Positions 8,840-18,802 of a DNA stretch of 61,461 bases are shown one piece after another. This stretch comes from a virus (Duplodnaviria; Caudoviricetes). How positions within the stretch are numbered: position 1 is the first letter of the stretch; each line of letters opens with the position of its first letter. A program made the position numbers and the translations under genes. The DNA lies in the IMG/VR virus record IMGVR_UViG_3300025759_000099, positions 1 to 61,461 of that record; one strand, given 5' to 3'. Below the pieces are notes generated by a model, which saw only the letters and a program-made list of their open reading frames with translations, did no database searches and was not told the DNA's origin.

Positions 8840-9762
8840 CTACCGATGTAACTTTATTTGACAGTATGCCTGATGAATATAAAGACCTTCTGGCGCAACT
8901 AGAACCTGAGAATACCGGTAGCCCTAGTACCGGCGGTATTAAACGACTAAGTATTCGTGGTGGTGTGTTCCGCAAAGTAGTAAGCGGGCAGGAAGTTGCC
9001 GAATTAGAACAGCGTAGCATTAACGTGATTATCGTTAAGACCGCCCCTATTTCTAGAACGTACTACGCTGGTCAGTACGTTGCCGGTCAGAATTCTCCCC
9101 CTACCTGTTGGTCAGGTGACACTAGCACTGGGAAGCCTTCGGATGAGGTTGCAGCAAGTGACCGTCAGTCAGCTACTTGTTTTGATTGTCCTCAGAACAT
9201 AAAAGGTTCTGGCATGGGTGAGAGCCGTGCGTGTAGATATAACCAACGTCTTGCGGTACTTATTGCCGATCAGGATGGTACGGTTAAAAACAATGAGGTA
9301 TTTCAGCTTATCCTACCAGCCACCAGCGTATTCGGGGACGATAAGAAAAAGCTAGGACTTCAGAGTTATGCGCGATTCTTAAACTCTCAGAAAGCCCCAC
9401 TTGCATCGGTTATTACAGAGATACGTTTTGATACAGATAGCAGTACGCCTAAACTGTGTTTCAAACCTGTCCGTCCTGTAACACAGGATGAATTGAAGAT
9501 GACATTAGACCTCCAAAAAGATACAGAAGTACTTAAGTTGGTAACAATGTCAGTAAAACCGAAACAAGATACTAGCGTTCCACAACTAAGTAGTGATAAA
9601 GTGGCAACCCCCACCCCGTTATTCCCCCAGCCTGATGCTGAGGAAGAAGATAAGGTGGATGAGCCTATTGAGGAGCCAGTAGTAAAGAAATCTAAAAAGG
9701 CGAAGGCTGAATCAGCCCCTCAAGTTGATCTCGCTAGTTTACTGGATGAGTTCGACGATTAA
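8836..9762 (+). CDS. Putative ssDNA-binding/annealing protein
   Basis: RLSIRGGVF, PTCWS, C..CPQNIKGSG...RACR, acidic C-terminus LDEFDD; lies before the primase. Confidence 0.65.
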   Translation: MTTDVTLFDSMPDEYKDLLAQLEPENTGSPSTGGIKRLSIRGGVFRKVVSGQEVAELEQRSINVIIVKTAPISRTYYAGQYVAGQNSPPTCWSGDTSTGKPSDEVAASDRQSATCFDCPQNIKGSGMGESRACRYNQRLAVLIADQDGTVKNNEVFQLILPATSVFGDDKKKLGLQSYARFLNSQKAPLASVITEIRFDTDSSTPKLCFKPVRPVTQDELKMTLDLQKDTEVLKLVTMSVKPKQDTSVPQLSSDKVATPTPLFPQPDAEEEDKVDEPIEEPVVKKSKKAKAESAPQVDLASLLDEFDD

Positions 9763-9773
9763 TTAAAATTTGG

Positions 9774-9798
9774 TATGGGCGTCCTAGTGGCGCCCGTA
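9774..9798 (+). other. Intergenic hairpin (attenuator or processing site?)
   Basis: TATGGGCGTC-CTAGT-GGCGCCCGTA, no strong U tract. Confidence 0.35.
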
Positions 9799-9821
9799 TC
9801 TCTCAAATACGTGGATGAGAT

Positions 9822-12674
9822 ATGGAAACTAAGCAATTTCTCAGTAACGTGTTGAGTGATGAAGGCTATTACTGCGTAGTAGGAATAAAGAATAATAAGA
9901 CAGTACAAAAATTCTACGACTCGCTAGAATCTCTGGCGGAATCAGCAGTTAACTTAGATACAGAAGGATACGACGCATACTTTGCTTTAGGTACGTTTGT
10001 TGAGTGTACTAGCCGAAAGGCCGATAACGTACAACAACTAAAAGCATTGTTTCTCGACCTAGACTGTGGAACAGGTAAGCCATACGCAACCCAACACGAT
10101 GCTCTTATAGCCCTACGGGGATTCTATAAGAAGTATGACCTCCCAAAACCAACCAGCGTAGTAAACTCTGGACGTGGTATACATGTATATTGGACGTTGA
10201 CTCGCCCCTACTCTAGAGAGGATTGGCTTCCAGTAGCGGAACGATTAAAAGCGGCTTGTATCGAATACGGACTTGAGGCTGACCCAGTTGTCACCGCTGA
10301 TGCCGCACGAATACTACGCGTACCGAACACACATAATTTTAAATCGGAACCTGCATTAGACGTTAAAGTCTTAAGAATGGCAGAGCAACATGTAGACCTA
10401 GACAGCTTTGCCGCAAATCTACCTGAAACATTGATACCAGTACCCTCTGCCCGCACCTTTACTGATGAAGATAGTAAGGATATGGCGGCGGCGTTGGGGG
10501 AAGAAAAATACAGGAAGGTATTCTTAAAAGTCGCTAAAGCCTCTCTCAGTGGGGGAGGATGCAAACAAATACGTAGGGCATTCCTTGAACCCGATTCGGT
10601 TTCTTATGGGGATTGGCTACATGTACTGTCCATAGCGAAACATTGTGAGGATGGAGCGCAAGCTATACACGTAGTGTCAAAGGGGTACACCGGCTACGAC
10701 CCAGTAGAAACGGAAAAGATAGCATCATCTATTGATACCCCCCATCTATGTATGACGTTTGAGAAAGACAACCCAAGCGGTTGTGAAGGGTGCCCCCATA
10801 AAGGGAAGATACGAACACCCATTAAGTTATGTATGGAAGCAAAGGAAGCCGAATCCAATACGGTAGAGGTGCCGGTAGAAGCCCCGAAACCAATGGCTGA
10901 AGGGGAAGAAGCGGCGGTAGAGGAACCCGTATCAACTAAAACCATAAACATACCGGAGTACCCGCACCCGTATTTTCGCGGTGTTAACGGTGGGGTGTGG
11001 AGACGCGTTACTGATAAAGACGGCAATACGGATGAGATTTTAATATACCAAAGAGACCTCTACCCGGTAAAACGTATGCGAGACCCTATCTCCGGCCCCT
11101 GTTATGAGTTTGAACACCACACTGCACGGGAGGGTGTGGCGACGTTTGTAGCTAGTAACGTACAACTATCTGGTAAAGAAGAATTCCGTAAGGTTATGGC
11201 TATGAACGATATATTCGTATTAAGCAAACAGGCGGACGAACTTATGCAATATATAGCTGTATGGCTAGAAAAAATGAGGAAGTCAGTACCCTTCATACAC
11301 GTTAGAACCCAATTCGGGTGGACAGAGAAGCGAAAATCTTTTGTTATCGGGGACAGAGAAGTATTTGCCGATAAGATAGAGCCGAATCCCCCCGGTGGGC
11401 GTACTGCACAGTATTTTCCTCATTTTGAGAAAGCTGGGACACTCGAAGGTTGGAAGAAAGTAATTAAGTTTTATGATAAGCCGGGGTTTGAAGAACATCA
11501 GTTTATGTTTGGTTTAAGTTTTGGCTCTCCACTGATGGATATGATACCCAATGTAGCTGGTGGTATATTTCACGCAATGAGTAGTGAAACAGGTCATGGT
11601 AAGACAACGGGTATGTGGGGTGGCGCTTCCGTATGGGGGAACCATAAGAGGCTCGTGTTGCACGGTAAAGACACTCCTAATTCTGCGTGGAACCGTGCGG
11701 AAATATACAAAAATATAGTCCTGTATATCGACGAGGTTTCAAACTACAAAGCCGCTGATGCTAGTGATTTTGTCTATGCTATATCTGATGGTGAGCAACG
11801 TAATCGACTAAGTTCGAAAGGGGAAAACCTTGAGCGTTACAGAGGTGAGGAGTGGAGTTTAAATTGTGGTACCTCTGGAAACGGAGGACTGTTAGAGACA
11901 ATAAGTCAGTTCAGGGAAAACCCGAAAGGGGAAGCAGGGCGTGTTATAGAAGCTAACATAGAGCAGAGGCTTTTTGGTTCCGAAGGTGCGTTACAAGCGA
12001 ATACCCTAAACGAAGATTTATCTAGCAACTACGGACATGCTGGGGAAGTTTACATACAACATGTCCTACAGAACTACGTTACGGTACAGAAACTGCTAAC
12101 TCAGGTACGAAAAGAGATAATTGTAAAGGCAGGACTAGAAGCCCAGCATAGGCACCACGCGGCTATGGCTTCTACAACTTACACTGGGTTATTGATAGCC
12201 AAACAGATAGGCTTGATAGATTGGGACTTAGACGGATTATATTCTTGGATTTTGGAAAAATTAAGAGCTACACGAGAGGGTTTAACAGATATGACTATAG
12301 ATATACGCGATCTTATATCTCAATTTTACGCTGACCACCCACGCGGTATCTTACGAATTAGAAGCGATGCCGGTATGGATGAGGACATGCAGAATATACT
12401 ACCCGCTGATAGTACGCCTATGTTCCAGTGGGTTGCTAGGCACGAGTACGACATTGATAAGCTCTACATACTGCCTTCTAAACTTAAAGAGTGGTGTGTT
12501 AGGCGGGGGCATCACTACCACGCAATACGTCAATTAGTTTTCAAAGAAATGCGGGGTAAGCCAAATAAGATACGCTTCGGTAGGGGGACTAAACTTAAAG
12601 TAGACTCTATGAATGTAATCGAATTGTATTGGGCAGACGCTGGAGATAGAAATGACGAGGGTGATGCTGACTGA
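9822..12674 (+). CDS. Primase-helicase: AEP/RepB-like primase, PriCT/Zn domain and DUF927-type P-loop helicase
   Basis: FLDLDCG, VNSGRGIHVYW, RILRVPNT, CEGCPH, QFGW, ETGHGKTT, LYIDE, NYGHAG. Confidence 0.88.
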   Translation: METKQFLSNVLSDEGYYCVVGIKNNKTVQKFYDSLESLAESAVNLDTEGYDAYFALGTFVECTSRKADNVQQLKALFLDLDCGTGKPYATQHDALIALRGFYKKYDLPKPTSVVNSGRGIHVYWTLTRPYSREDWLPVAERLKAACIEYGLEADPVVTADAARILRVPNTHNFKSEPALDVKVLRMAEQHVDLDSFAANLPETLIPVPSARTFTDEDSKDMAAALGEEKYRKVFLKVAKASLSGGGCKQIRRAFLEPDSVSYGDWLHVLSIAKHCEDGAQAIHVVSKGYTGYDPVETEKIASSIDTPHLCMTFEKDNPSGCEGCPHKGKIRTPIKLCMEAKEAESNTVEVPVEAPKPMAEGEEAAVEEPVSTKTINIPEYPHPYFRGVNGGVWRRVTDKDGNTDEILIYQRDLYPVKRMRDPISGPCYEFEHHTAREGVATFVASNVQLSGKEEFRKVMAMNDIFVLSKQADELMQYIAVWLEKMRKSVPFIHVRTQFGWTEKRKSFVIGDREVFADKIEPNPPGGRTAQYFPHFEKAGTLEGWKKVIKFYDKPGFEEHQFMFGLSFGSPLMDMIPNVAGGIFHAMSSETGHGKTTGMWGGASVWGNHKRLVLHGKDTPNSAWNRAEIYKNIVLYIDEVSNYKAADASDFVYAISDGEQRNRLSSKGENLERYRGEEWSLNCGTSGNGGLLETISQFRENPKGEAGRVIEANIEQRLFGSEGALQANTLNEDLSSNYGHAGEVYIQHVLQNYVTVQKLLTQVRKEIIVKAGLEAQHRHHAAMASTTYTGLLIAKQIGLIDWDLDGLYSWILEKLRATREGLTDMTIDIRDLISQFYADHPRGILRIRSDAGMDEDMQNILPADSTPMFQWVARHEYDIDKLYILPSKLKEWCVRRGHHYHAIRQLVFKEMRGKPNKIRFGRGTKLKVDSMNVIELYWADAGDRNDEGDAD

Positions 12675-12873
12675 TATATCGCCGGACGGGGTGCGGATAG
12701 TTATAGATTGGAGTAAGTTTTTACCCGGAACATCCGTATTTATCCCCGCTATAAACACGAATAAAGCGGTGGATCACTTACTCAAAGCCGCTAGAATCGA
12801 CAAGGAGGACATAACTAAACGTGTTGGTATAGAAAATGGTAAATATGGAGTTAGAGTATGGAGGATGAAATAA
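12652..12873 (+). CDS. Conserved hypothetical protein
   Basis: IDWSKFLPGTSVFIP...GVRVWR; last gene of the plus arm. Confidence 0.75.
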   Translation: MTRVMLTDISPDGVRIVIDWSKFLPGTSVFIPAINTNKAVDHLLKAARIDKEDITKRVGIENGKYGVRVWRMK

Positions 12874-12949
12874 TACGGGGTTGGATGGGATTGGATGGGA
12901 TTAGACAACTATTTAAACCCTACATGTAGTAGTATCCCGTAAGATTTGA

Positions 12950-13012
12950 TACCATATAGGCTCATCATTCTCCTTGAGAGATACTTAGCCCCCTTCATTG
13001 GGGGCTTTTTTT
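12950..13012 (+). ncRNA. Putative small antisense RNA (loop-displayed anti-SD/anti-AUG seed plus intrinsic terminator)
   Basis: CTCA-TCATTCTCCT-TGAG hairpin at 12961-12978 followed by a terminator; 5' end unknown. Confidence 0.5.
12987..13012 (+). terminator. Rho-independent terminator at the convergence of the early and late arms
   Basis: AGCCCCC-TTCATT-GGGGGCT followed by a T tract. Confidence 0.85.
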
Positions 13013-16000
13013 ATGTAATATCTTCTAGACGTTGGCGCAGTACAGTGGGTATACGACGGCGGTTAATCGTAATACCACTAAACTGTCTTGCTATCTCATC
13101 CGTCAAACTATGTGAATTCATAGAACGTATAAAAGTTTCGGGAGTGATAGCTACTTCTGGATGCCTCTTATTGAAGCCTTGGAATTCTTTGACTAACTCT
13201 CGCATCTCATCGGTATCCCCAACTCGGCGTGCTAAGTGAAACTGACGCAATAGTTTACGTTTGCTTTCGCTTATTTCTCGGTCTATACGTTTATCTTTCG
13301 CATTCATCTCGATCATCTGCATATAACTAGCAGGGGCAAAACCTAGCGTTTGAGCCAATACGTTCCACGCGTTCAAATCCTCGACCACAGGGTCTCCGCG
13401 TAGTGTAGTAGCGCCCTCTATACCGAACCGTGCACCACGCATACCATTCGAGATAGCAGAAGGAAGCATTTTTTCCAAACCCCGAAGGATTTCTCCTTCT
13501 CCTATGAGACTAGCGCCGTCTTCCATCCTACTTACGATACCGAATACAGGCCCACCTACGGTCTCCATAGCTTGTAATATCATACTATCTTGCTCTCGGT
13601 TGGGTAGCGTACGATACACAAGGTTAGTCATACCGATACGTGGGGCTACATCTACCCCAAAAATACTATTAAGCGCACCTGAATAGAACCCCTCACCAAA
13701 GAAACTAGCCGCTATACTATCGAAGTTTTCATCTTCGTCGTCCAAGAATACTGTATCTGCTATCATTGAGATTATGCCGTACAGAGGTAACCCTTGCACC
13801 CCCGCAAATAGACCGGACATCGCAAACAATCCAGATATTTGTCTAACTGCTTCGGCACGTTCCCCTTTGTCTTTTACCCCTTTTAACACCTGTCGACCCA
13901 TCTTAGCTTGTAGATAGAGTATAGATATACCAAATCGTTTGTACATCATAAGCCAGCTACCCCAGTTACTCTGCGCTATTCTTGGGCCTGTTTCGGTCAT
14001 TGCGCCACTGTTAGTAAGTTCTGTGGTCTCAAGAGCTAACTCGGCGGCCATATCGCGGTCTTGTTCGGTAAGTTCGGATACAGGCACTTTTTTCTTTTTA
14101 GCCATAGCATCTAGTTCTAGCTTATAACTTGCTATTGCAGTAATCTGCCTGTTAGCGCGTTCCCCTTGGTGGAACATGTACCCCATAATTGCATTCGTCT
14201 TAGTCCACCAGCCATTCGAAGGGTTGTCATAATCAAGTGCATCGGCAATAGTAGAAGCGTTTGACTGCCCCCGTATTTCGAGAAGCTCCATTAACGGGCC
14301 TAGGTCTTCTGCACCCTTGGGTAAGCTATCGGGGTTGTTAAAATCTAAATTACTAAGGTTAGGGCCGTCAACCTCTGTACCGCCTTCTCGATCGAGAAAG
14401 TCTTTTCTGGTGCGCCGCATACCCGTACTCATGTATATTTTACGGGCGTCTTCCATAGCCTTCGCTGATTTTCTAAACCCAAATTTACCCCCCAAGTATG
14501 GTAGCACCACGATAGGTAAGTTGGTCGCATTAACCACTACAGAGGATACGTTGAGTCCAAGCGTCATCCCGAATCCAGCAGACTTAAGCGCCCTGCTCCA
14601 TGTAGCTAATTGCGGGTTACGTGCAAACGTAATGTATTCCTGTAAGAGTTGCGCTAAATCATTCGCATGGTTTTGTTTATCTGTACTTATATATTCATCA
14701 GCAGATTTTTTAATATCGGCACTAATTTGCGAGAAAGGTAAGTCATACTGTAGATTTACTTTTTGCTGTACAAAATTAGGCATACGCTCCCGAAATACTT
14801 TTAAAGCGTCTAGTTGAAAACCTAATACATTTTTACGTTTGCGGAAAGCGTTAAGGGCAGAACGTTCCGGCATAGCGTCAAGTAGCGCTTGCAATACTAT
14901 GTCTTGAGCATTTTGATCTACACCTGCGGCTTGCAAATCTTGAAATATACCGTAAGCCCACTGCGCGTCTACCGCACCAAAGTTGGTTATGCCCCCGTTC
15001 TTATTGCGTTCAAACGTACTTATGTTGGTGGCGTCCTCGGGCAACATAGCTCTAGCTTTACTACGCTGTGCTTCGGATTCAAACAATTCTTTATAAAATT
15101 CCTTGTTTCCGGTGCGTGGGTCTACTGATCGGTATGTGAGCCAGTGCGTGCCCTTACGGTATAACGGGAAATATGGTTCTATACTATCCTTAGTAAGTTG
15201 TTGTAGTAATTTGTCTTTAATAGTTCTACGAGCACCTTCTTCCATTTCTATATTGTTTAATCTTGTTTCTAAAGTTTCTATAAGGTCGTCGTAAACTTTA
15301 CGGTAGGAATCCCGCAAATCAGTATAGGCTTTTTTAAACGCTTGCTGTTCACTAGGAGACAGTTCGCGTATCTTTGCGTTCAAGACATCCCACTCATTTT
15401 GTTTAACTGGGTCAGCGGCGTAGTCACTGCGGGGTTTAGTAGGATCAACTTTTAGTAACGTACTTTCCGCCACTACAAAATTAAACACCTTACGTAATTG
15501 TTCGGACTTACCCTTAAACAAATCACTTATTTCTCTTGCCGTATCTTTTACTTTAGACATTTCGGCTGATCGAGCACCGTTCTTTTCTTGGATAAGTTTA
15601 AACAGGATGCCTGCATCCTTGCTTATTCCGGGGAAATCCAGTTTCGATACATTTACTATAGCGTTTAGGGGTAGAAAAGAATACGCGAAACGCCTGATAG
15701 CCCGCCCTGCCCCACGTAAAAACCCACTAACAGTAGCAATATCCGTTTCAGAAACCGTGCCTCTCGAAAACCGTCCTAACGAATTAAGTACAGTATCAGA
15801 CATTTCTGTAAGGGTAGCCGAATACAAATCGGCGGCATCGCGGTATTCAGGTGCAGGAGAAATTAAACTATCCAGTAGTTTATCCACGGCGTTTCTTGCC
15901 GACTCTACTTTTTTAGTAGGGACTCCACGGAACCGGGCAATAATGTTGGATATGATATTATTAAATTTTTGTAGTAGCCCTATCTTCTCGCCCTTTTCGT

Positions 16001-18800
16001 TAATCCTCGCTAATTTAGCTTGTAGTTCAGGATTACTAAATACTTCAGCGACGAACTCATCCAGACTAGTTGCACCATACGCTGTGTCGAGTCTACCTCG
16101 TACAGATTCAAACAAGTTACGCATTTGTATGGCGGCGGGTGTGTTTCTAGCTATTTCATGTGAGGTTACCGCATGTAAAGTTTCGTGTAGGAAAGTGTGA
16201 GTAGTAAGTTCTACATCTGGGTTAAGTACTATTTCGTTTGTACGGGGTCTAAATACACCCGCTATAGGCTCACCCTTCCTGTTTACTATCCCACCTTCAA
16301 ATCTGACACTAGTAGTGCCTATACCTTTAAGTACTGCACGCACCACACGGGCTACGTCTTTATCGGCTCCTACTAATAGGCGCTCCAAAGCCCTCTGCAA
16401 ACTACCGTTGTTTAACGCCGCAGATACTTCGGGACTTACTGGTACACCTACTTCAACCATTGCGTCTATAGGGAGAGGTAAACCCTGAAGTTCCCTATGT
16501 TTGGCTATTGCCCAACCTAAACGCCTATTGGACACAGGACTTAAGTTTTCTTGTACCCAACGGTATGCGGTTTCGTTTGCTTTCGTAAGACCTTCTGCGT
16601 TTATTTTTTTACCCAATTGCATAATTGCTTTAAAGGGGGACTTATCCTTAAAGAAATTAATGTACATAGGGTCGCGTTTCTTAAGCCGGTTTATTTTTTT
16701 AATGTCGCCCGCTATATTTGTAGATTTTACTGTTGTTGGGCGTGGAGGTATACGCGTACGGGGGCCACCTTTAGGCCCAATAAGTTCACCTTGTTCTGTA
16801 AGTAGTTCTTCGGCTTCTTGTTGGTCGGGTGTAGGTTGTTGCTGTGCCTGTTCTGTGGCTGCAATGCGTTCTTCCACACCCCTTAGTTCTTGTATGGTCG
16901 GGTCAGCCGTGGGTATAGCCGATATTCCTAGTTGTTGCTCTCCCGGTATTACCCGCCCGCGTTCATCTGTACGTTGCTGTACTTGTTGTGCTTGTTGCAT
17001 AGCTAAAGCTGTAGCTGTAGGTTGCGCGGCTAACTCTTGTTCACTACGCGCTAAAACTTCCTGCCCAGCTATTTGATCTTCCCTAGCGGCTTCAGCTTCT
17101 TCAAAAGCGGCTGTTCTAGCAGCTTCAGCGTCTATTTCCTGTTGCGCACGTTCTTGCTGTATCTGGTCAAAAGCGGCTGTACGGGCGGCTTCAGCTTCTT
17201 GTTCTTGCGTAGCTAAAACATCCGCGTCGATTTGCTGTTCTATATCAATCTGACCCGGCGATGTTTCTGTGGCTGGTACTCGTCCTTCCCCCGCTTCAAT
17301 TGCTTTTAGTAAAGGATTAGTATTTAGTAACCTAGCAACTGCCTCTCGGTTTGCTTTACTGGCATTTTTATTTTGTGTAAACGAAGTAAGGTCAGAAATA
17401 ACAGATTCCCGTACTTTTGGGTCGGATAAGTCTTTACCGATTGCTCTTGTTACAGCGGGGATTCTCAAACTAACGCCCGCATTTTGCATATCTTCTTTAC
17501 TTAGTATGGGAGTGCGAGTATCTGGGAACATCTCCCGTTGTCCAGCCGGTAGGCTTTCGATAGCGCCCTCAGCTTCAACAGCTTGCCTACGTTCAGCTAC
17601 AGCTTTCTCTCTTTCTTCTATAGCCCGCTGTCTAGCTTCAGCTTCTTGACCCGGCAGTATAAGTTCACCTTCAGGTGTTCCTACTATCCTTGGCTCCGCG
17701 ACTACAGGTAAGTCCCTAGGGCTAATCGGTTTTTGCCCCCTACGCGTATCAAATAAATCATATTGGGATAAATCAGATACAGGCCCAGTTTCTTCATCTA
17801 GTGGTGCGGGGGCGCGTGTGTCAACCGGGCCTTGGAATTCTCTTTCAGCTTCTACTTGCTCTGCTGGAAATAAATCCATTTGCCCAGCTTGTTCTTTTTC
17901 TATATCTTGTATGCGAGCTAAGTCTCTCTGAGCACTCGCATTAGCCCGAGGGCGTCCCGGTATAGCCAATTCTGCCAATGCCGCAAGTAGACCACCCACC
18001 CCTGCGCCATAACCCAGTGACTCTCCAGTTCCGGCAAAAGTACCGGTTTCAGGATCATATACACCTTGAGATATAAGATTTTGGGCTACTTCTGTACTTG
18101 CTTCTTGTAGTCCTTCACCACCTGCCGCTTGTGCTACCCTACGTAACCGCATTAAAGTAGTCTGAGCTACTTCTTCACCTAATACATCTTTTAATCCTTT
18201 GGCAACACGCATAGCCTTTACGGTTTTACCAATAGCAAACGGTACTAATGTCTCGCCCAGCCCCGGCAGTATACCTAGACCAGCGGCTTGACTTATTTGA
18301 TCTTCTGTAGCGCCAGCGGCTTCAGCACGTTTAGCGGCTTCGCCCGCACCAGCGGCACCACCTACAGCAACACCAGCGGCAAGTCCTGCCAAACCGAAGG
18401 GGGCAGTAGCTAAAAACGGTGCAGTTGAGCCAAGGGCTTCCGAACCTTTACGCGTTATTGTGTCTTCATACCCAGCACGCGGAGCTAAATCAGCTTGTAC
18501 ACCGGCACCAATTTCAGCTATTTTTTCACGCGCTTGTTGTTCTAGTTCTTCGGGGAGAAGAAAAGCCGCACCAGTAGCGGCAGATTCTAGGAGTCCGGCG
18601 GCACCAGAAGCTAAACCTCTAGGGATTTCAGCTAAGGCTCCACCAATAGTAGTTTCGGGGGGTTTGGTTGGGTCTTCTCCACGGGCTTGTTTTTTAAGCG
18701 CAGCGCTACCGTATATAGGTAGTTGGTCTTCCTTTACACCTACAGGTACATAAAAGTCAATATACCCTCCGTCTGTAAGGTTACCCCGTACGATAGGCAT
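13011..18800 (-). CDS. Large internal virion/ejection protein (polyvalent-protein-like) with zincin-like HExxH domain
   Basis: 1929 aa, last late gene; Gly/Ala-rich hydrophobic N-terminus; AGVF...IVL...FLHETLHAVT...DEFVAE. Confidence 0.7.
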   Translation of the reverse strand: MPIVRGNLTDGGYIDFYVPVGVKEDQLPIYGSAALKKQARGEDPTKPPETTIGGALAEIPRGLASGAAGLLESAATGAAFLLPEELEQQAREKIAEIGAGVQADLAPRAGYEDTITRKGSEALGSTAPFLATAPFGLAGLAAGVAVGGAAGAGEAAKRAEAAGATEDQISQAAGLGILPGLGETLVPFAIGKTVKAMRVAKGLKDVLGEEVAQTTLMRLRRVAQAAGGEGLQEASTEVAQNLISQGVYDPETGTFAGTGESLGYGAGVGGLLAALAELAIPGRPRANASAQRDLARIQDIEKEQAGQMDLFPAEQVEAEREFQGPVDTRAPAPLDEETGPVSDLSQYDLFDTRRGQKPISPRDLPVVAEPRIVGTPEGELILPGQEAEARQRAIEEREKAVAERRQAVEAEGAIESLPAGQREMFPDTRTPILSKEDMQNAGVSLRIPAVTRAIGKDLSDPKVRESVISDLTSFTQNKNASKANREAVARLLNTNPLLKAIEAGEGRVPATETSPGQIDIEQQIDADVLATQEQEAEAARTAAFDQIQQERAQQEIDAEAARTAAFEEAEAAREDQIAGQEVLARSEQELAAQPTATALAMQQAQQVQQRTDERGRVIPGEQQLGISAIPTADPTIQELRGVEERIAATEQAQQQPTPDQQEAEELLTEQGELIGPKGGPRTRIPPRPTTVKSTNIAGDIKKINRLKKRDPMYINFFKDKSPFKAIMQLGKKINAEGLTKANETAYRWVQENLSPVSNRRLGWAIAKHRELQGLPLPIDAMVEVGVPVSPEVSAALNNGSLQRALERLLVGADKDVARVVRAVLKGIGTTSVRFEGGIVNRKGEPIAGVFRPRTNEIVLNPDVELTTHTFLHETLHAVTSHEIARNTPAAIQMRNLFESVRGRLDTAYGATSLDEFVAEVFSNPELQAKLARINEKGEKIGLLQKFNNIISNIIARFRGVPTKKVESARNAVDKLLDSLISPAPEYRDAADLYSATLTEMSDTVLNSLGRFSRGTVSETDIATVSGFLRGAGRAIRRFAYSFLPLNAIVNVSKLDFPGISKDAGILFKLIQEKNGARSAEMSKVKDTAREISDLFKGKSEQLRKVFNFVVAESTLLKVDPTKPRSDYAADPVKQNEWDVLNAKIRELSPSEQQAFKKAYTDLRDSYRKVYDDLIETLETRLNNIEMEEGARRTIKDKLLQQLTKDSIEPYFPLYRKGTHWLTYRSVDPRTGNKEFYKELFESEAQRSKARAMLPEDATNISTFERNKNGGITNFGAVDAQWAYGIFQDLQAAGVDQNAQDIVLQALLDAMPERSALNAFRKRKNVLGFQLDALKVFRERMPNFVQQKVNLQYDLPFSQISADIKKSADEYISTDKQNHANDLAQLLQEYITFARNPQLATWSRALKSAGFGMTLGLNVSSVVVNATNLPIVVLPYLGGKFGFRKSAKAMEDARKIYMSTGMRRTRKDFLDREGGTEVDGPNLSNLDFNNPDSLPKGAEDLGPLMELLEIRGQSNASTIADALDYDNPSNGWWTKTNAIMGYMFHQGERANRQITAIASYKLELDAMAKKKKVPVSELTEQDRDMAAELALETTELTNSGAMTETGPRIAQSNWGSWLMMYKRFGISILYLQAKMGRQVLKGVKDKGERAEAVRQISGLFAMSGLFAGVQGLPLYGIISMIADTVFLDDEDENFDSIAASFFGEGFYSGALNSIFGVDVAPRIGMTNLVYRTLPNREQDSMILQAMETVGGPVFGIVSRMEDGASLIGEGEILRGLEKMLPSAISNGMRGARFGIEGATTLRGDPVVEDLNAWNVLAQTLGFAPASYMQMIEMNAKDKRIDREISESKRKLLRQFHLARRVGDTDEMRELVKEFQGFNKRHPEVAITPETFIRSMNSHSLTDEIARQFSGITINRRRIPTVLRQRLEDIT

Positions 18801-18802
18801 AG

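Noticed and set aside
12946-13239. 97-aa plus-strand ORF
   Set aside because: TTG start without an RBS, crosses a strong terminator and overlaps the 1929-aa gene in antisense.
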